Of a stretch of DNA of 64,000 nucleotides, positions 52,943-61,782 are shown one piece after another. The stretch lies in IMG/VR virus record IMGVR_UViG_3300029288_000008, positions 21,550 through 85,549 of that record; one strand, 5' to 3'. Source of the stretch: a virus. Taxonomy: Duplodnaviria; Caudoviricetes. The position numbers and the translations under genes were made by a program. Below the pieces are notes generated by a model. That model had not been told where the DNA came from and searched no databases. It worked only from the letters and a program-made list of their open reading frames with translations. The number at the start of each line of letters is the position of its first letter. Position 1 is the stretch's first letter.

Positions 52943-53914
52943 ATGGCTACTACACAAGTTGCAGTGAATGATATTTGGGTTTGTAAAGATCAAAGATGCG
53001 CCGGGCAATGTGACGATAAGGTTGGACTTTGTCAGTATTTAATTTATGGATGCGACGCCCCAGATCCTACTTTTACCGCAGATTTAGCACATACAGCCGA
53101 TGGCGGCGCTACTTGGACAAATTCTGTTGACTATCCGTTTGCAAACGGTGAAAACATAATGAGCGTTGGTTGTTTCGCGCTTGACAACACCGTTACCAGA
53201 TGGCTTGCCGTAAGAGGCGCAGAGGTGGCACCGGCTAATCCTTTGGAGATTGCTTATAGTGACGATGGCGGCGCAAGTTGGACAAATGTAGATGTAGAAG
53301 CAGCTGGCACAAGATATGCAACCGATTCTGGAGCGTTGTTTGTACTAAATTCTAAAAATATTTGGTTAGCGTCTAGCGGCGGTTATATTTTCTTTAGTTC
53401 AGATGGCGGTATTACCTGGACACAGCAAGAAGACGGAACGGTTACAGCGGGCAACTATAACGCAATTATGTTTGCAAATGAAAATGATGGTTTTGCGGTT
53501 GCGGATACCGGTATTGTAGTAAGAACGGTTGACGGGGGCTTGTCTTGGACTGCCGTGACTGCAATAACCGCAGTTCCAAATGTTTTATGTGTTTACGTTT
53601 TCAATAAGGATGAAGCATTAGTTGGAACGGCAACCGGCGAAATTTGGCGAACTTGGGACGGGGGTACAACTTGGACTCAAGTTTATACCAGTGCAGATTC
53701 TATCAATGATATAGATTTTGCAAATAAGTATGTCGGTTTCGCGATTGCAGACGATACTGTTCTTAGAACTAGAAACGGCGGAGAGGACTGGGAAACCGTA
53801 TCTGGCACAACGGTTACTACCGAACTAAATGCCGTTGTAGCTTGTGACGAAAACACGGCTTACGCCGTTGGTGAAGATGCCGTTGGGGTTGGCATTGTTA
53901 TAAAAATTTCATAG
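52943..53914 (+). CDS. Asp-box/BNR beta-propeller protein (YCF48-like), tail associated
   Basis: Six T/S-x-D-G-G-x-(S/T)-W repeats. Confidence 0.8.
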   Translation: MATTQVAVNDIWVCKDQRCAGQCDDKVGLCQYLIYGCDAPDPTFTADLAHTADGGATWTNSVDYPFANGENIMSVGCFALDNTVTRWLAVRGAEVAPANPLEIAYSDDGGASWTNVDVEAAGTRYATDSGALFVLNSKNIWLASSGGYIFFSSDGGITWTQQEDGTVTAGNYNAIMFANENDGFAVADTGIVVRTVDGGLSWTAVTAITAVPNVLCVYVFNKDEALVGTATGEIWRTWDGGTTWTQVYTSADSINDIDFANKYVGFAIADDTVLRTRNGGEDWETVSGTTVTTELNAVVACDENTAYAVGEDAVGVGIVIKIS

Positions 53915-53996
53915 ATAGCGTGTCTGTACAAGGTCAGTTGATTTTAGTTTACTCCTTTACAGAATCAACTGACCTTGTTTACAAAAGGAGAACAAA

Positions 53997-54488
53997 GTGT
54001 ATAAAGCGGTAAGTGTAATTCAATTACAGAAGATAGCAGAAAGTATTAAAGAAAAGTACAAGCCGGTTAAACCGACTTATACGGTGACTTTAGCCGGGGG
54101 CGCAAAGCAAATCTACGAGTATGATGAAAAGTCAATAGAGGACGTTGCCACTCCGCAAGAAGATAAAGAAAAGTGGGCAGAATATAAGAAGCAGCTAGAA
54201 TTGATGCAAACAGAAGTTAATGAAAAAACTACTGCCTATTTATTCTATGACGGTATAGAATGCGAAATATCGGACGAATGGCTAGAAATGCAATCTTGGT
54301 TAGGGATTGAAGTTCCAGATAATAAATTTGATGTAAAAGTTAGATACATTACAACGTATCTATTGAAAACGCCCGAACAGATAAAGGGCGCAATTGCCGA
54401 GATTATGCGCTTGAGTATTAAGGGGGTAGATCAATCCGCTGTAAAAGCAGCGGAGGGCACGTTTTCAAGTCTCGTACAGAACCAGTGA
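53997..54488 (+). CDS. Tail assembly chaperone (gpG-like)
   Basis: Two genes upstream of the TMP; AAGGAG RBS with GTG start. Confidence 0.7.
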   Translation: MYKAVSVIQLQKIAESIKEKYKPVKPTYTVTLAGGAKQIYEYDEKSIEDVATPQEDKEKWAEYKKQLELMQTEVNEKTTAYLFYDGIECEISDEWLEMQSWLGIEVPDNKFDVKVRYITTYLLKTPEQIKGAIAEIMRLSIKGVDQSAVKAAEGTFSSLVQNQ

Positions 54489-54759
54489 AAAACTAATACC
54501 CATAGGGGAACTTACCGATTGGGATAAACGCAAGTCAAATTGGGTATACAGTAAAAGATTCTATGAATTACAGGTTGCCAACTTTTGGAATATAACACCG
54601 GGCGAATGGGACAGACTAGAATCAGAAGACGAAAAAGCTGAAATGATTGCCGTGTTCAATATGAAAAATATGATGGCCGATTACGAGTCTTATTTAAGGG
54701 AAAGAGAATTTGCCAGAAAAGATAGGTCTAATAGCAATATTCGACACAAGCCAGTTTAA
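54445..54759 (+). CDS. Tail assembly chaperone gpT-like extension, reachable only by frameshift (not in ORF track)
   Basis: Stop-free +1 frame 54445-54759 encoding ...ANFWNITPGEWDRL..EKAEMIA..; no early start codon or RBS. Confidence 0.7.
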   Translation, partial: KQRRARFQVSYRTSEKLIPIGELTDWDKRKSNWVYSKRFYELQVANFWNITPGEWDRLESEDEKAEMIAVFNMKNMMADYESYLREREFARKDRSNSNIRHKPV

Positions 54760-57067
54760 TAAGGGTCTAAATGATTATTTAGGCGGTGTTGGAAAAGCAA
54801 CCGATGCAACTAATAAAGCATCGGACGGCGCTTTCAGTTGGACTAGAGCGCTAGAAGTTGCCGTGGGGAATGCGTTAGTAGAAGTTGGAAAACTGGCATT
54901 AGAAGCTGGTAAAGCTATTTATAATTTTGGCGCAGAATCGGTAACAATGGCAACCGACTTTCAAACAAGTATGGTAGAGTTGCGAAACGCTGCTGGCGAT
55001 TCTGGATTGAGCATAGATGATCTTGGAAACTTAGCTCTTAGAGTTGGTGGCGATACAAAGGTATTGGGAGCAAGCGCAACCGGTGCAGCCGATGCTATGA
55101 TTAACCTGTATAAAGCGGGTTTACAGGATAATGCTATTTTTGGCGATATGCAAGGATACCTAGCAGGTACAGCTGATTTGGGCGGGTTGTTAAAGGCGTC
55201 ATTCGATTTGGCAGCGGCTTCTGAATTGGATGTTGCGCAGGCTTCGGAGTTGGGTGTTGTTGCTCTATCTATTTTTGGAAATGAGTTAGAAACAGACGCA
55301 GAAAAAGGTCAGTTCGCCGCCGATTCTTTAGATAACATTGTTAAGGCGGCCAATGCTTCTAATGCTAGTGTAAGTGACATTTCGGCGGCTTTAGCTTATG
55401 CTGGTCCTAACGCAGCAGCTTTTGGTGTAAGTCTTGAAGATACTAATGTTGCTTTAGCTTTACTGTCTAATGCCGGTATTAAAGGCTCTATGGCTGGCAC
55501 TACTTTAAGTGCAATTATGAGGGACTTAAAGAAGGAAACCAAAGAAAGCGCGGCTGCTTGGGACGAAATGGGTATTTCAATCTATGATGCTGAAGGCGCT
55601 ACCCGTCCGTTTATAGATATTATAGGCGACTTAGAAGTAGCAATGGAAGGAAAGACACAACAACAGAAAGATGCTATTTTGCAAGATATATTTACAGCGG
55701 AGGGCATGCGTGGTATAAATACTATTTTGCAAGAAGGAACTGAAGGTTGGAATGAAATGGCCGGGGCGATAGATGGCGCTACCGGACTACAAGAACAAGC
55801 GGCGGCAAAAAGTGCAACTTTCGCCGGGCAAATGGAAGCACTTAAAGGGCAACTTGAGACATTTCAAATAATGTTAGGTAGCGCATTTTTACCGGCATTA
55901 ACCAGCCTTGCACAAGCATTTATGCCATTAGCCGAAGCGGCCATGCCAGCAATAACCATTGCTTTTCAAAATCTATCCGCTGTGCTAACTAAATTAGTTG
56001 GCGGTTTTATAACTTTGACACAGGGCGGTTTTGCTGAGGGGATAGGAACTATCGGTAGTGTAATCGGTAGTGTTTTCGGAGAACAAGCGCAGACGGTATT
56101 TACAAACGTCGCTATATTCCTTAGAGAGAATATACCCGATGCTATTGAAATATTTAAGTCGGCTTGGAGCGAAGGAACTGCTTTTATTGGAACTATTATA
56201 GAAACACTTAAAGCATTCTTTGCCACAATTGCCCCATCATTGCAAGCCGGTGTTGATCAGTGGGTAAACCTTTTTAATTCATTTATGACAAATGTAGATA
56301 CAATTTGGGCTGGTATAAAGTCAATTATACAGGGCGCAATTGATATTATTCTTGGTATCGTTACCGTGTTTATATCTGCTTTTAGCGGAGATTGGTCTGC
56401 TTTATGGGTAGGAGTTCAACAAATACTAAGTGGCGCTTGGCAACTGATTACAGGAATAGTAACCGCTGCTCTTGGCTTGATTATGACAGTTGTTGGTACA
56501 AACTTTGAGAAGTTGTCAACTACAGTTTCTCAACTGTGGACAATCATAAAGGTTAAAACATCTGCTGCCTGGGAAGCGATTAAAACGGCTGTATCCGAAG
56601 CGGCTGAGGCGGTAAAGACAAAAGCGCAAGCAATGTATGACGATGTTGTGAGCTTCTTTAGTAGTCTACCTGCTAAAATGTCTGAAATTGGCGGTAACAT
56701 TATAACGGGTTTGGTTAATGGTATTACATCTGCAAGCGGGGCAGTAGCAGACGCCCTTAACAGCGTTATAGAAGGCGCTATTGCCGGAGCGAAGGCGGCT
56801 CTTGGTATACATTCTCCTTCGCGTGTATTTATGGAAATAGGAGCTAATACAATGATGGGTATGGCTCAGGGTGTTAGCGCCGCATCAGGTGTTCCTCAAA
56901 GCGCAATGCTTTCAGCAGTTGGCGGGATGGTATCAACTGTGGGCAATACCACCAATAATTACAACAACAGTAGAAATATAGAATTGAACATTACAAATCA
57001 AGGGCAAAATTCGGGGAATAGAACATACTTTGATGTTGTTGCAGGATTACAGGCGGTAGGTGTCTAA
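54710..57067 (+). CDS. Tail tape measure protein (TP901-type core)
   Basis: Long Ala/Gly-rich helical protein; GIKGSMAGTTL and LGIHSPSRVFMEIG motifs. Confidence 0.93.
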   Translation: MPEKIGLIAIFDTSQFNKGLNDYLGGVGKATDATNKASDGAFSWTRALEVAVGNALVEVGKLALEAGKAIYNFGAESVTMATDFQTSMVELRNAAGDSGLSIDDLGNLALRVGGDTKVLGASATGAADAMINLYKAGLQDNAIFGDMQGYLAGTADLGGLLKASFDLAAASELDVAQASELGVVALSIFGNELETDAEKGQFAADSLDNIVKAANASNASVSDISAALAYAGPNAAAFGVSLEDTNVALALLSNAGIKGSMAGTTLSAIMRDLKKETKESAAAWDEMGISIYDAEGATRPFIDIIGDLEVAMEGKTQQQKDAILQDIFTAEGMRGINTILQEGTEGWNEMAGAIDGATGLQEQAAAKSATFAGQMEALKGQLETFQIMLGSAFLPALTSLAQAFMPLAEAAMPAITIAFQNLSAVLTKLVGGFITLTQGGFAEGIGTIGSVIGSVFGEQAQTVFTNVAIFLRENIPDAIEIFKSAWSEGTAFIGTIIETLKAFFATIAPSLQAGVDQWVNLFNSFMTNVDTIWAGIKSIIQGAIDIILGIVTVFISAFSGDWSALWVGVQQILSGAWQLITGIVTAALGLIMTVVGTNFEKLSTTVSQLWTIIKVKTSAAWEAIKTAVSEAAEAVKTKAQAMYDDVVSFFSSLPAKMSEIGGNIITGLVNGITSASGAVADALNSVIEGAIAGAKAALGIHSPSRVFMEIGANTMMGMAQGVSAASGVPQSAMLSAVGGMVSTVGNTTNNYNNSRNIELNITNQGQNSGNRTYFDVVAGLQAVGV

Positions 57068-58071
57068 TGTCTCAAGTTGAGTTTGACTATTACATCCCCC
57101 CTAGCGTTACTGTAAGCGCAGACGGTTCAATACCAGATATGACCTATGTCTACTCATTTGATGATCGGGATACATTCTTTCTATACGATTTTACCGGTTG
57201 GGGTATGCCGTCAATTGATTACATTACACAACAAGGCCCATACGAGCATGGCCAGACAGTTTTAGATTACAGATTACAGCCGCGTACCATTCAACTGACT
57301 CATAGAAAACTTGGCAACTGTCGCCAGAATTATTGGGATAATCGCTATACTTTGGTTGACCGATTAAGACCTAATTTTCAGTTGGCCAATACATTTGAAC
57401 CGGGCAGACTTAGAAAGATTTTACCAGACGGTAGTATTAGAGACATTCGGGTATTGATAGAACAAGGCCCGGTCTTTGCCCCTAGAAGTATTGATAGTTG
57501 GGATGAATATGCGTTCACTGAAACCTTACGTTTTATCGCACATAATCCCATCATTTTTAACCCGGCAGTGAATACGGCAAGTTGGACATTATCAGATTTA
57601 GAAAACTTGATATTCTATGAGGCGGTAACGTGGCCTAATCGAGCGGTATTTGATGGGGCAATAGCCGGTTCCCGTGGTGTATGGTTTTATGATGAATCGT
57701 TGGGAGAAACCATCACGGTAAATTATACCGGGAATTGGCTAAGTTATCCAACGATCATAGCGGTAGGCCCAATTTCAAGTTTGCAAGTTTTTAATAACAC
57801 AACCGGTGAAAAAGTTGAATTAGATTACAACATTAGCGCCGGTGAAACGGTAACGATAAACTTGGAGTATGGGCAAAAGACGGTTACAAACCAACTTGGT
57901 GCAAACCTTATTGGAACGGTTACAACGGATTCTGATTTAGCAACGTTTCACGTCGCGCCAAATCCAGAGGCTCCATTGGGTGTAAATTCTTTTACGGTAT
58001 ATGGTAACGATGCTGTAATCGGTCAAACCGAAGTTAGACTTGAGTGGTATACAAATTATATAGGAATTTAA
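57067..58071 (+). CDS. Distal tail protein (Dit-like)
   Basis: Directly after the TMP; QGPYEHGQT....LQPR.I, GP......N.TTG..V.L. Confidence 0.8.
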   Translation: MSQVEFDYYIPPSVTVSADGSIPDMTYVYSFDDRDTFFLYDFTGWGMPSIDYITQQGPYEHGQTVLDYRLQPRTIQLTHRKLGNCRQNYWDNRYTLVDRLRPNFQLANTFEPGRLRKILPDGSIRDIRVLIEQGPVFAPRSIDSWDEYAFTETLRFIAHNPIIFNPAVNTASWTLSDLENLIFYEAVTWPNRAVFDGAIAGSRGVWFYDESLGETITVNYTGNWLSYPTIIAVGPISSLQVFNNTTGEKVELDYNISAGETVTINLEYGQKTVTNQLGANLIGTVTTDSDLATFHVAPNPEAPLGVNSFTVYGNDAVIGQTEVRLEWYTNYIGI

Positions 58072-58886
58072 TGATGCCAGTAACACTCTTGACACGTTTT
58101 TGCTTCCTTAGTGTGCTTTCTCTTTTGTCCGCATACAGGACAGACATAATAATCCATTCCATCTATTCTATTCTGTTTTCTTGGAATAGCACACTTCCCG
58201 CCAATGCTTATAAATTCTTTAGGTCTTATATAAACAGTATAATAATTCTTTTTGTTTATAGTAAATTCTTTTTGTACAGATATTGTGCCATGCATATTCA
58301 TTATATTAAGAAGTTCTGGCAATTCAAGAATATATCCAAATGTACCACAAACTCTAATGACGCCCTTTTGTCTAACCGTTCCATCTCCGTCTATGAGAGC
58401 AGATATAAAACTTGCTTTACATTCTGTACTAGAATTAAATATTTCTTTTGGTATGCTGTTTTTGCCGTCGCAAGAATTTTTAACCCAACTGCAAAACATT
58501 ATGGAGTTATAAAACGCTCCAAAGAAATCGTCTGGAAGGTTTTTAGTAGTGGCATTTATATTACATTCGTCAAAACACCGTTTAACCCTGTCTCTAAACT
58601 CAATATCTTTTACCGAAATGGAAAAACTATTGTTACTAATGCTTCCATCTGTAAGATATGCTCCGATTATGTAAGCGAGAGGTTCACTCATTCCGGTATA
58701 TTCCCAATATTTAACTGGGCCTCTACCGAGACAAAGTCCATTTTCTCTTGCAACTGTTTTAACCAGGTTGCGAGTAGTATTTAACATTATGGATATTTCA
58801 GTTTGATTGTACTTTCTTGTTTCTAGTAATTCTTTGATCTTGTAATATAGTTCATAATTTCTTTTCATTGTTTTATTATATATCAA
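58068..58886 (-). mobile_element. Free-standing LAGLIDADG homing endonuclease inserted antisense in the tail module
   Basis: LAYIIGAYLTDG and FISALIDGDG motifs, N-terminal HTH, C-terminal CPVC..CQEC. Confidence 0.85.
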
Positions 58887-58902
58887 AATATAGAGGTGTC
58901 AA

Positions 58903-60435
58903 ATGGAAATCTCAGGTTATTGGCCCGGCACAACGGTGGGGGACGCTGGCCCATACAGCGCAAATAGTTTTGCAGATAGAATGGGAGCTATGTCAAGATC
59001 GGGTGTTGATTTTGGTTTAGCTGCAAATTATAATATTGGAGTTTTTTATCAAATAGGCAATGCATTAGAGCCGGCTATAAACGGCGCTAATGTTGATGTG
59101 GATACCGGCGCTTCTTTGGTTGACGGTTTATACCACGAAAATACAGCGGTGGTATCAGTTCCCATTGTTTCACCGGTAGCTAATCCTAGAATTGATTACA
59201 TCGTAGTTAGGAAAAATTATCAACAGGCTGTAACCTATACCCCGGATGCTTTTGCGCCAACTGTACCACCCAGAACGGCAAGAATAACGGTTATACACGG
59301 AGCAGAGGGCGCTATACCAGTTCCACCAACTTTAACACAAGATACAACCCGTACAACCTATTGGGACATACCAATTTGTTCTATTGATGTTTCGGCAATG
59401 GGTGTAGGATCGAACCTTGTTGATTTAAGAGAGTTTGTCGGAAACAACTTTGGTGTCTCGATTCTTGCAGCCGATAATGGTATAGCTGATGTTATAGAAC
59501 TAGAGACAACTGTAAGTGATGGAAACGGCGCTAATGGACTTGGAGCAGCTATAAAATTCAAGTTAGAAGATACGGCTGGTGTTACAGAAGACGCCGGACA
59601 ACTGGCAATAACTTGGAAAGACGCTACATCGGGTAGTGAAGATTCTCAACTTGAATTAAGATTAGAATCTCGTGGTTCTCCTAATCTGTCGGCTGTAATC
59701 GTTGCTCCTACTACGGCCAGTGCAGACGGTAATGCAAGGGGGGCCGGTTCTAACGATTTACAAAACTCAAGAACGGCTGTAACCGATGTTGCCAGTGGTC
59801 AAAACTGTGTCATAGCCGGAGGTCATAGTAATGAGGCAAGCGGTAATGTAGTAGCAATCGGCGGCGGTTATTTGAATGTAGCCTCTAACGATTACTCAAC
59901 AATTGGCGGTGGTTATAGAAACAAGACAAATGCGGTTTATTCAACTATACCAGGTGGTTACGGAGCTTATACCGATAAACGCGGGCAAGTTACCACTGCC
60001 GGTTTTTACTTTACTACACGTGGCGACGCACAAGGAACAATTCAGGTTTTTGTTGGTAGAAACGTTGCTTCTCATACAAATACAACTTGGTATGATTTAT
60101 ACATAAACAGCATTGATGCCGTTGATGGTTTATTGTCAATACCATCCGACACACTTTGGAACTTTGAGATTCTTTTATCCGGTTTAACTAGTGGCGCTGC
60201 TCAAAGATGGTGTTACAGCATTACAGGTTCAATTGTTAATGATGGCGGTACAACAACTTTAATTGCGTCAACCGTAACAACAATAAACGAAAGCGATGCA
60301 GCTTATGAAGCACAAGTTGTTGCGGACGATGCGAATGATGCATTATTAGTTCAGGTACGACGTAACGGCGGTTCTGATTATGATGTTCGTTGGCTTGCTA
60401 CTCTCAAAATATTAGAGTTAACCTACCCTGCATAA
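58903..60435 (+). CDS. Baseplate/tail protein with left-handed beta-repeat (adhesin-like) region
   Basis: NPRIDYIVVR N-domain; repeated IAGG/IGGG..N.AS units. Confidence 0.7.
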   Translation: MEISGYWPGTTVGDAGPYSANSFADRMGAMSRSGVDFGLAANYNIGVFYQIGNALEPAINGANVDVDTGASLVDGLYHENTAVVSVPIVSPVANPRIDYIVVRKNYQQAVTYTPDAFAPTVPPRTARITVIHGAEGAIPVPPTLTQDTTRTTYWDIPICSIDVSAMGVGSNLVDLREFVGNNFGVSILAADNGIADVIELETTVSDGNGANGLGAAIKFKLEDTAGVTEDAGQLAITWKDATSGSEDSQLELRLESRGSPNLSAVIVAPTTASADGNARGAGSNDLQNSRTAVTDVASGQNCVIAGGHSNEASGNVVAIGGGYLNVASNDYSTIGGGYRNKTNAVYSTIPGGYGAYTDKRGQVTTAGFYFTTRGDAQGTIQVFVGRNVASHTNTTWYDLYINSIDAVDGLLSIPSDTLWNFEILLSGLTSGAAQRWCYSITGSIVNDGGTTTLIASTVTTINESDAAYEAQVVADDANDALLVQVRRNGGSDYDVRWLATLKILELTYPA

Positions 60436-60439
60436 TACT

Positions 60440-60658
60440 ATGAATCGTAGAGAATTCTTGACGCTAGGTTTATTTTTACCAGTTTTTCCAAAGCTGGCAA
60501 CAACAAACAACGTTAAAACAGAAACAACCGAATCTATGTCTTTTCCAATTGTTTTTGCTGAAAATACAAACCAAACTAATAAAGTTTCAATATCATACTT
60601 AAAATCTAATAACATCTTTGAACAGTTATGGCAAGATATACTGCAAATTATCAAATAG
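60440..60658 (+). CDS. Small protein with a twin-arginine-like signal
   Basis: MNRREFLTLGLFLPV N-terminus. Confidence 0.5.
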   Translation: MNRREFLTLGLFLPVFPKLATTNNVKTETTESMSFPIVFAENTNQTNKVSISYLKSNNIFEQLWQDILQIIK

Positions 60659-61782
60659 TTCTGTATGATAGCGCAGGAACTAAACTCGCAATTCTTGACG
60701 ATTATCGGTCATTGCAGTTTCAAAAAGTGGTTAATGATAAGGGCTTCTTTACCCTTATCATTAACAATAACGATGCAAAGAAAGCGCTATTTGAGAAAAA
60801 CGGTATTCTTATCGTTATGCGAAAAATACCAGGGTATACTAACTGGTATACAGAATTTGAAGGACACTGTGAAGATTTCTATACTAACATTTATCAGAAT
60901 GGCAATGAGCAATTTACAGTGGTTGGCAGCGGTTTTAATGGACTTCTAGCACGGCGCATTATCGCTTATGAGGAAGGAACTTTTCAGGCTTCTAAAAGCG
61001 ACTTCTCTGAAACCGTTATGAAAGAATTTGTGCAAGAGAACATTGGCCCATCGGCGACGGTTGCCAATACGCGCTTTGCCGATGGGGTACAAACAAACTT
61101 TACGGTAGCAGCCGACACTGCCGCTGGTTTAGTTTGGAATGGTGACAGAACCGGTAAAAACCTTCTTCAAGTTTTACAGGAAATATCAAACTTTTCAGAA
61201 ATTGACTTTGATGTTAGCACTAATACAACCGTTGGAACGTATGTGTTTCAAACCTATGAAGATCAGTTGGGTAGTGATAGAACTGTGGTCGGATTAAATC
61301 CGGCAACCGGGTTAAACGGCGCTGGCAACGCCCCTCACGTCTTTTCACCGATTATGGGAAATGTACAAGAAGCTTCATTTTCTACTAAGGCAAAAGAATC
61401 TTCTAATCGAGTATTTGTCTATGGTCAGGGTACAGGCGCAACAAGACAAATTGAATATAGAGAAGATGCTACTCTGATCGGTGTCAACAATATCAACCTT
61501 AGAGAATCCATGCGTGGTGGTAGTAGTCAAAATAGCGCTGTTAAACTGCAAAGTTTAGGGGATGAGCAGTTAGAAAAACTTAAAGAACAAGAGAAGTTTG
61601 AATTTACTCCGATGGATATTCCATCATCTTTATACGGTGTTAATTACTTCTTTGGTGATAAAGTTACCGTTAGAATTGGTAACGAACAACGAAACAAACG
61701 GATTGTCAGTGTTAAAATATCGTTAGCAAGTGGTAAAGGCGAATCTGAAAAATCATTTGAATTTGAGGACATACCGACATAA
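60628..61782 (+). CDS. Minor tail protein (ReqiPepy6 gp37-like/Tal-like hub)
   Basis: NRVFVYGQGTG, YGVNYFFGDKVTV motifs; position in the tail module. Confidence 0.75.
   Translation: MARYTANYQIVLYDSAGTKLAILDDYRSLQFQKVVNDKGFFTLIINNNDAKKALFEKNGILIVMRKIPGYTNWYTEFEGHCEDFYTNIYQNGNEQFTVVGSGFNGLLARRIIAYEEGTFQASKSDFSETVMKEFVQENIGPSATVANTRFADGVQTNFTVAADTAAGLVWNGDRTGKNLLQVLQEISNFSEIDFDVSTNTTVGTYVFQTYEDQLGSDRTVVGLNPATGLNGAGNAPHVFSPIMGNVQEASFSTKAKESSNRVFVYGQGTGATRQIEYREDATLIGVNNINLRESMRGGSSQNSAVKLQSLGDEQLEKLKEQEKFEFTPMDIPSSLYGVNYFFGDKVTVRIGNEQRNKRIVSVKISLASGKGESEKSFEFEDIPT

Noticed and set aside
52920-52945. Programmed frameshift joining tail tube and propeller ORFs
   Set aside because: TAA at 52937-52939 is in frame with the downstream ORF and there is no canonical slippery heptamer.
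58044-58784. 246-aa + strand ORF after Dit
   Set aside because: Antisense to the LAGLIDADG gene, which has clear motifs; composition is not protein-like.
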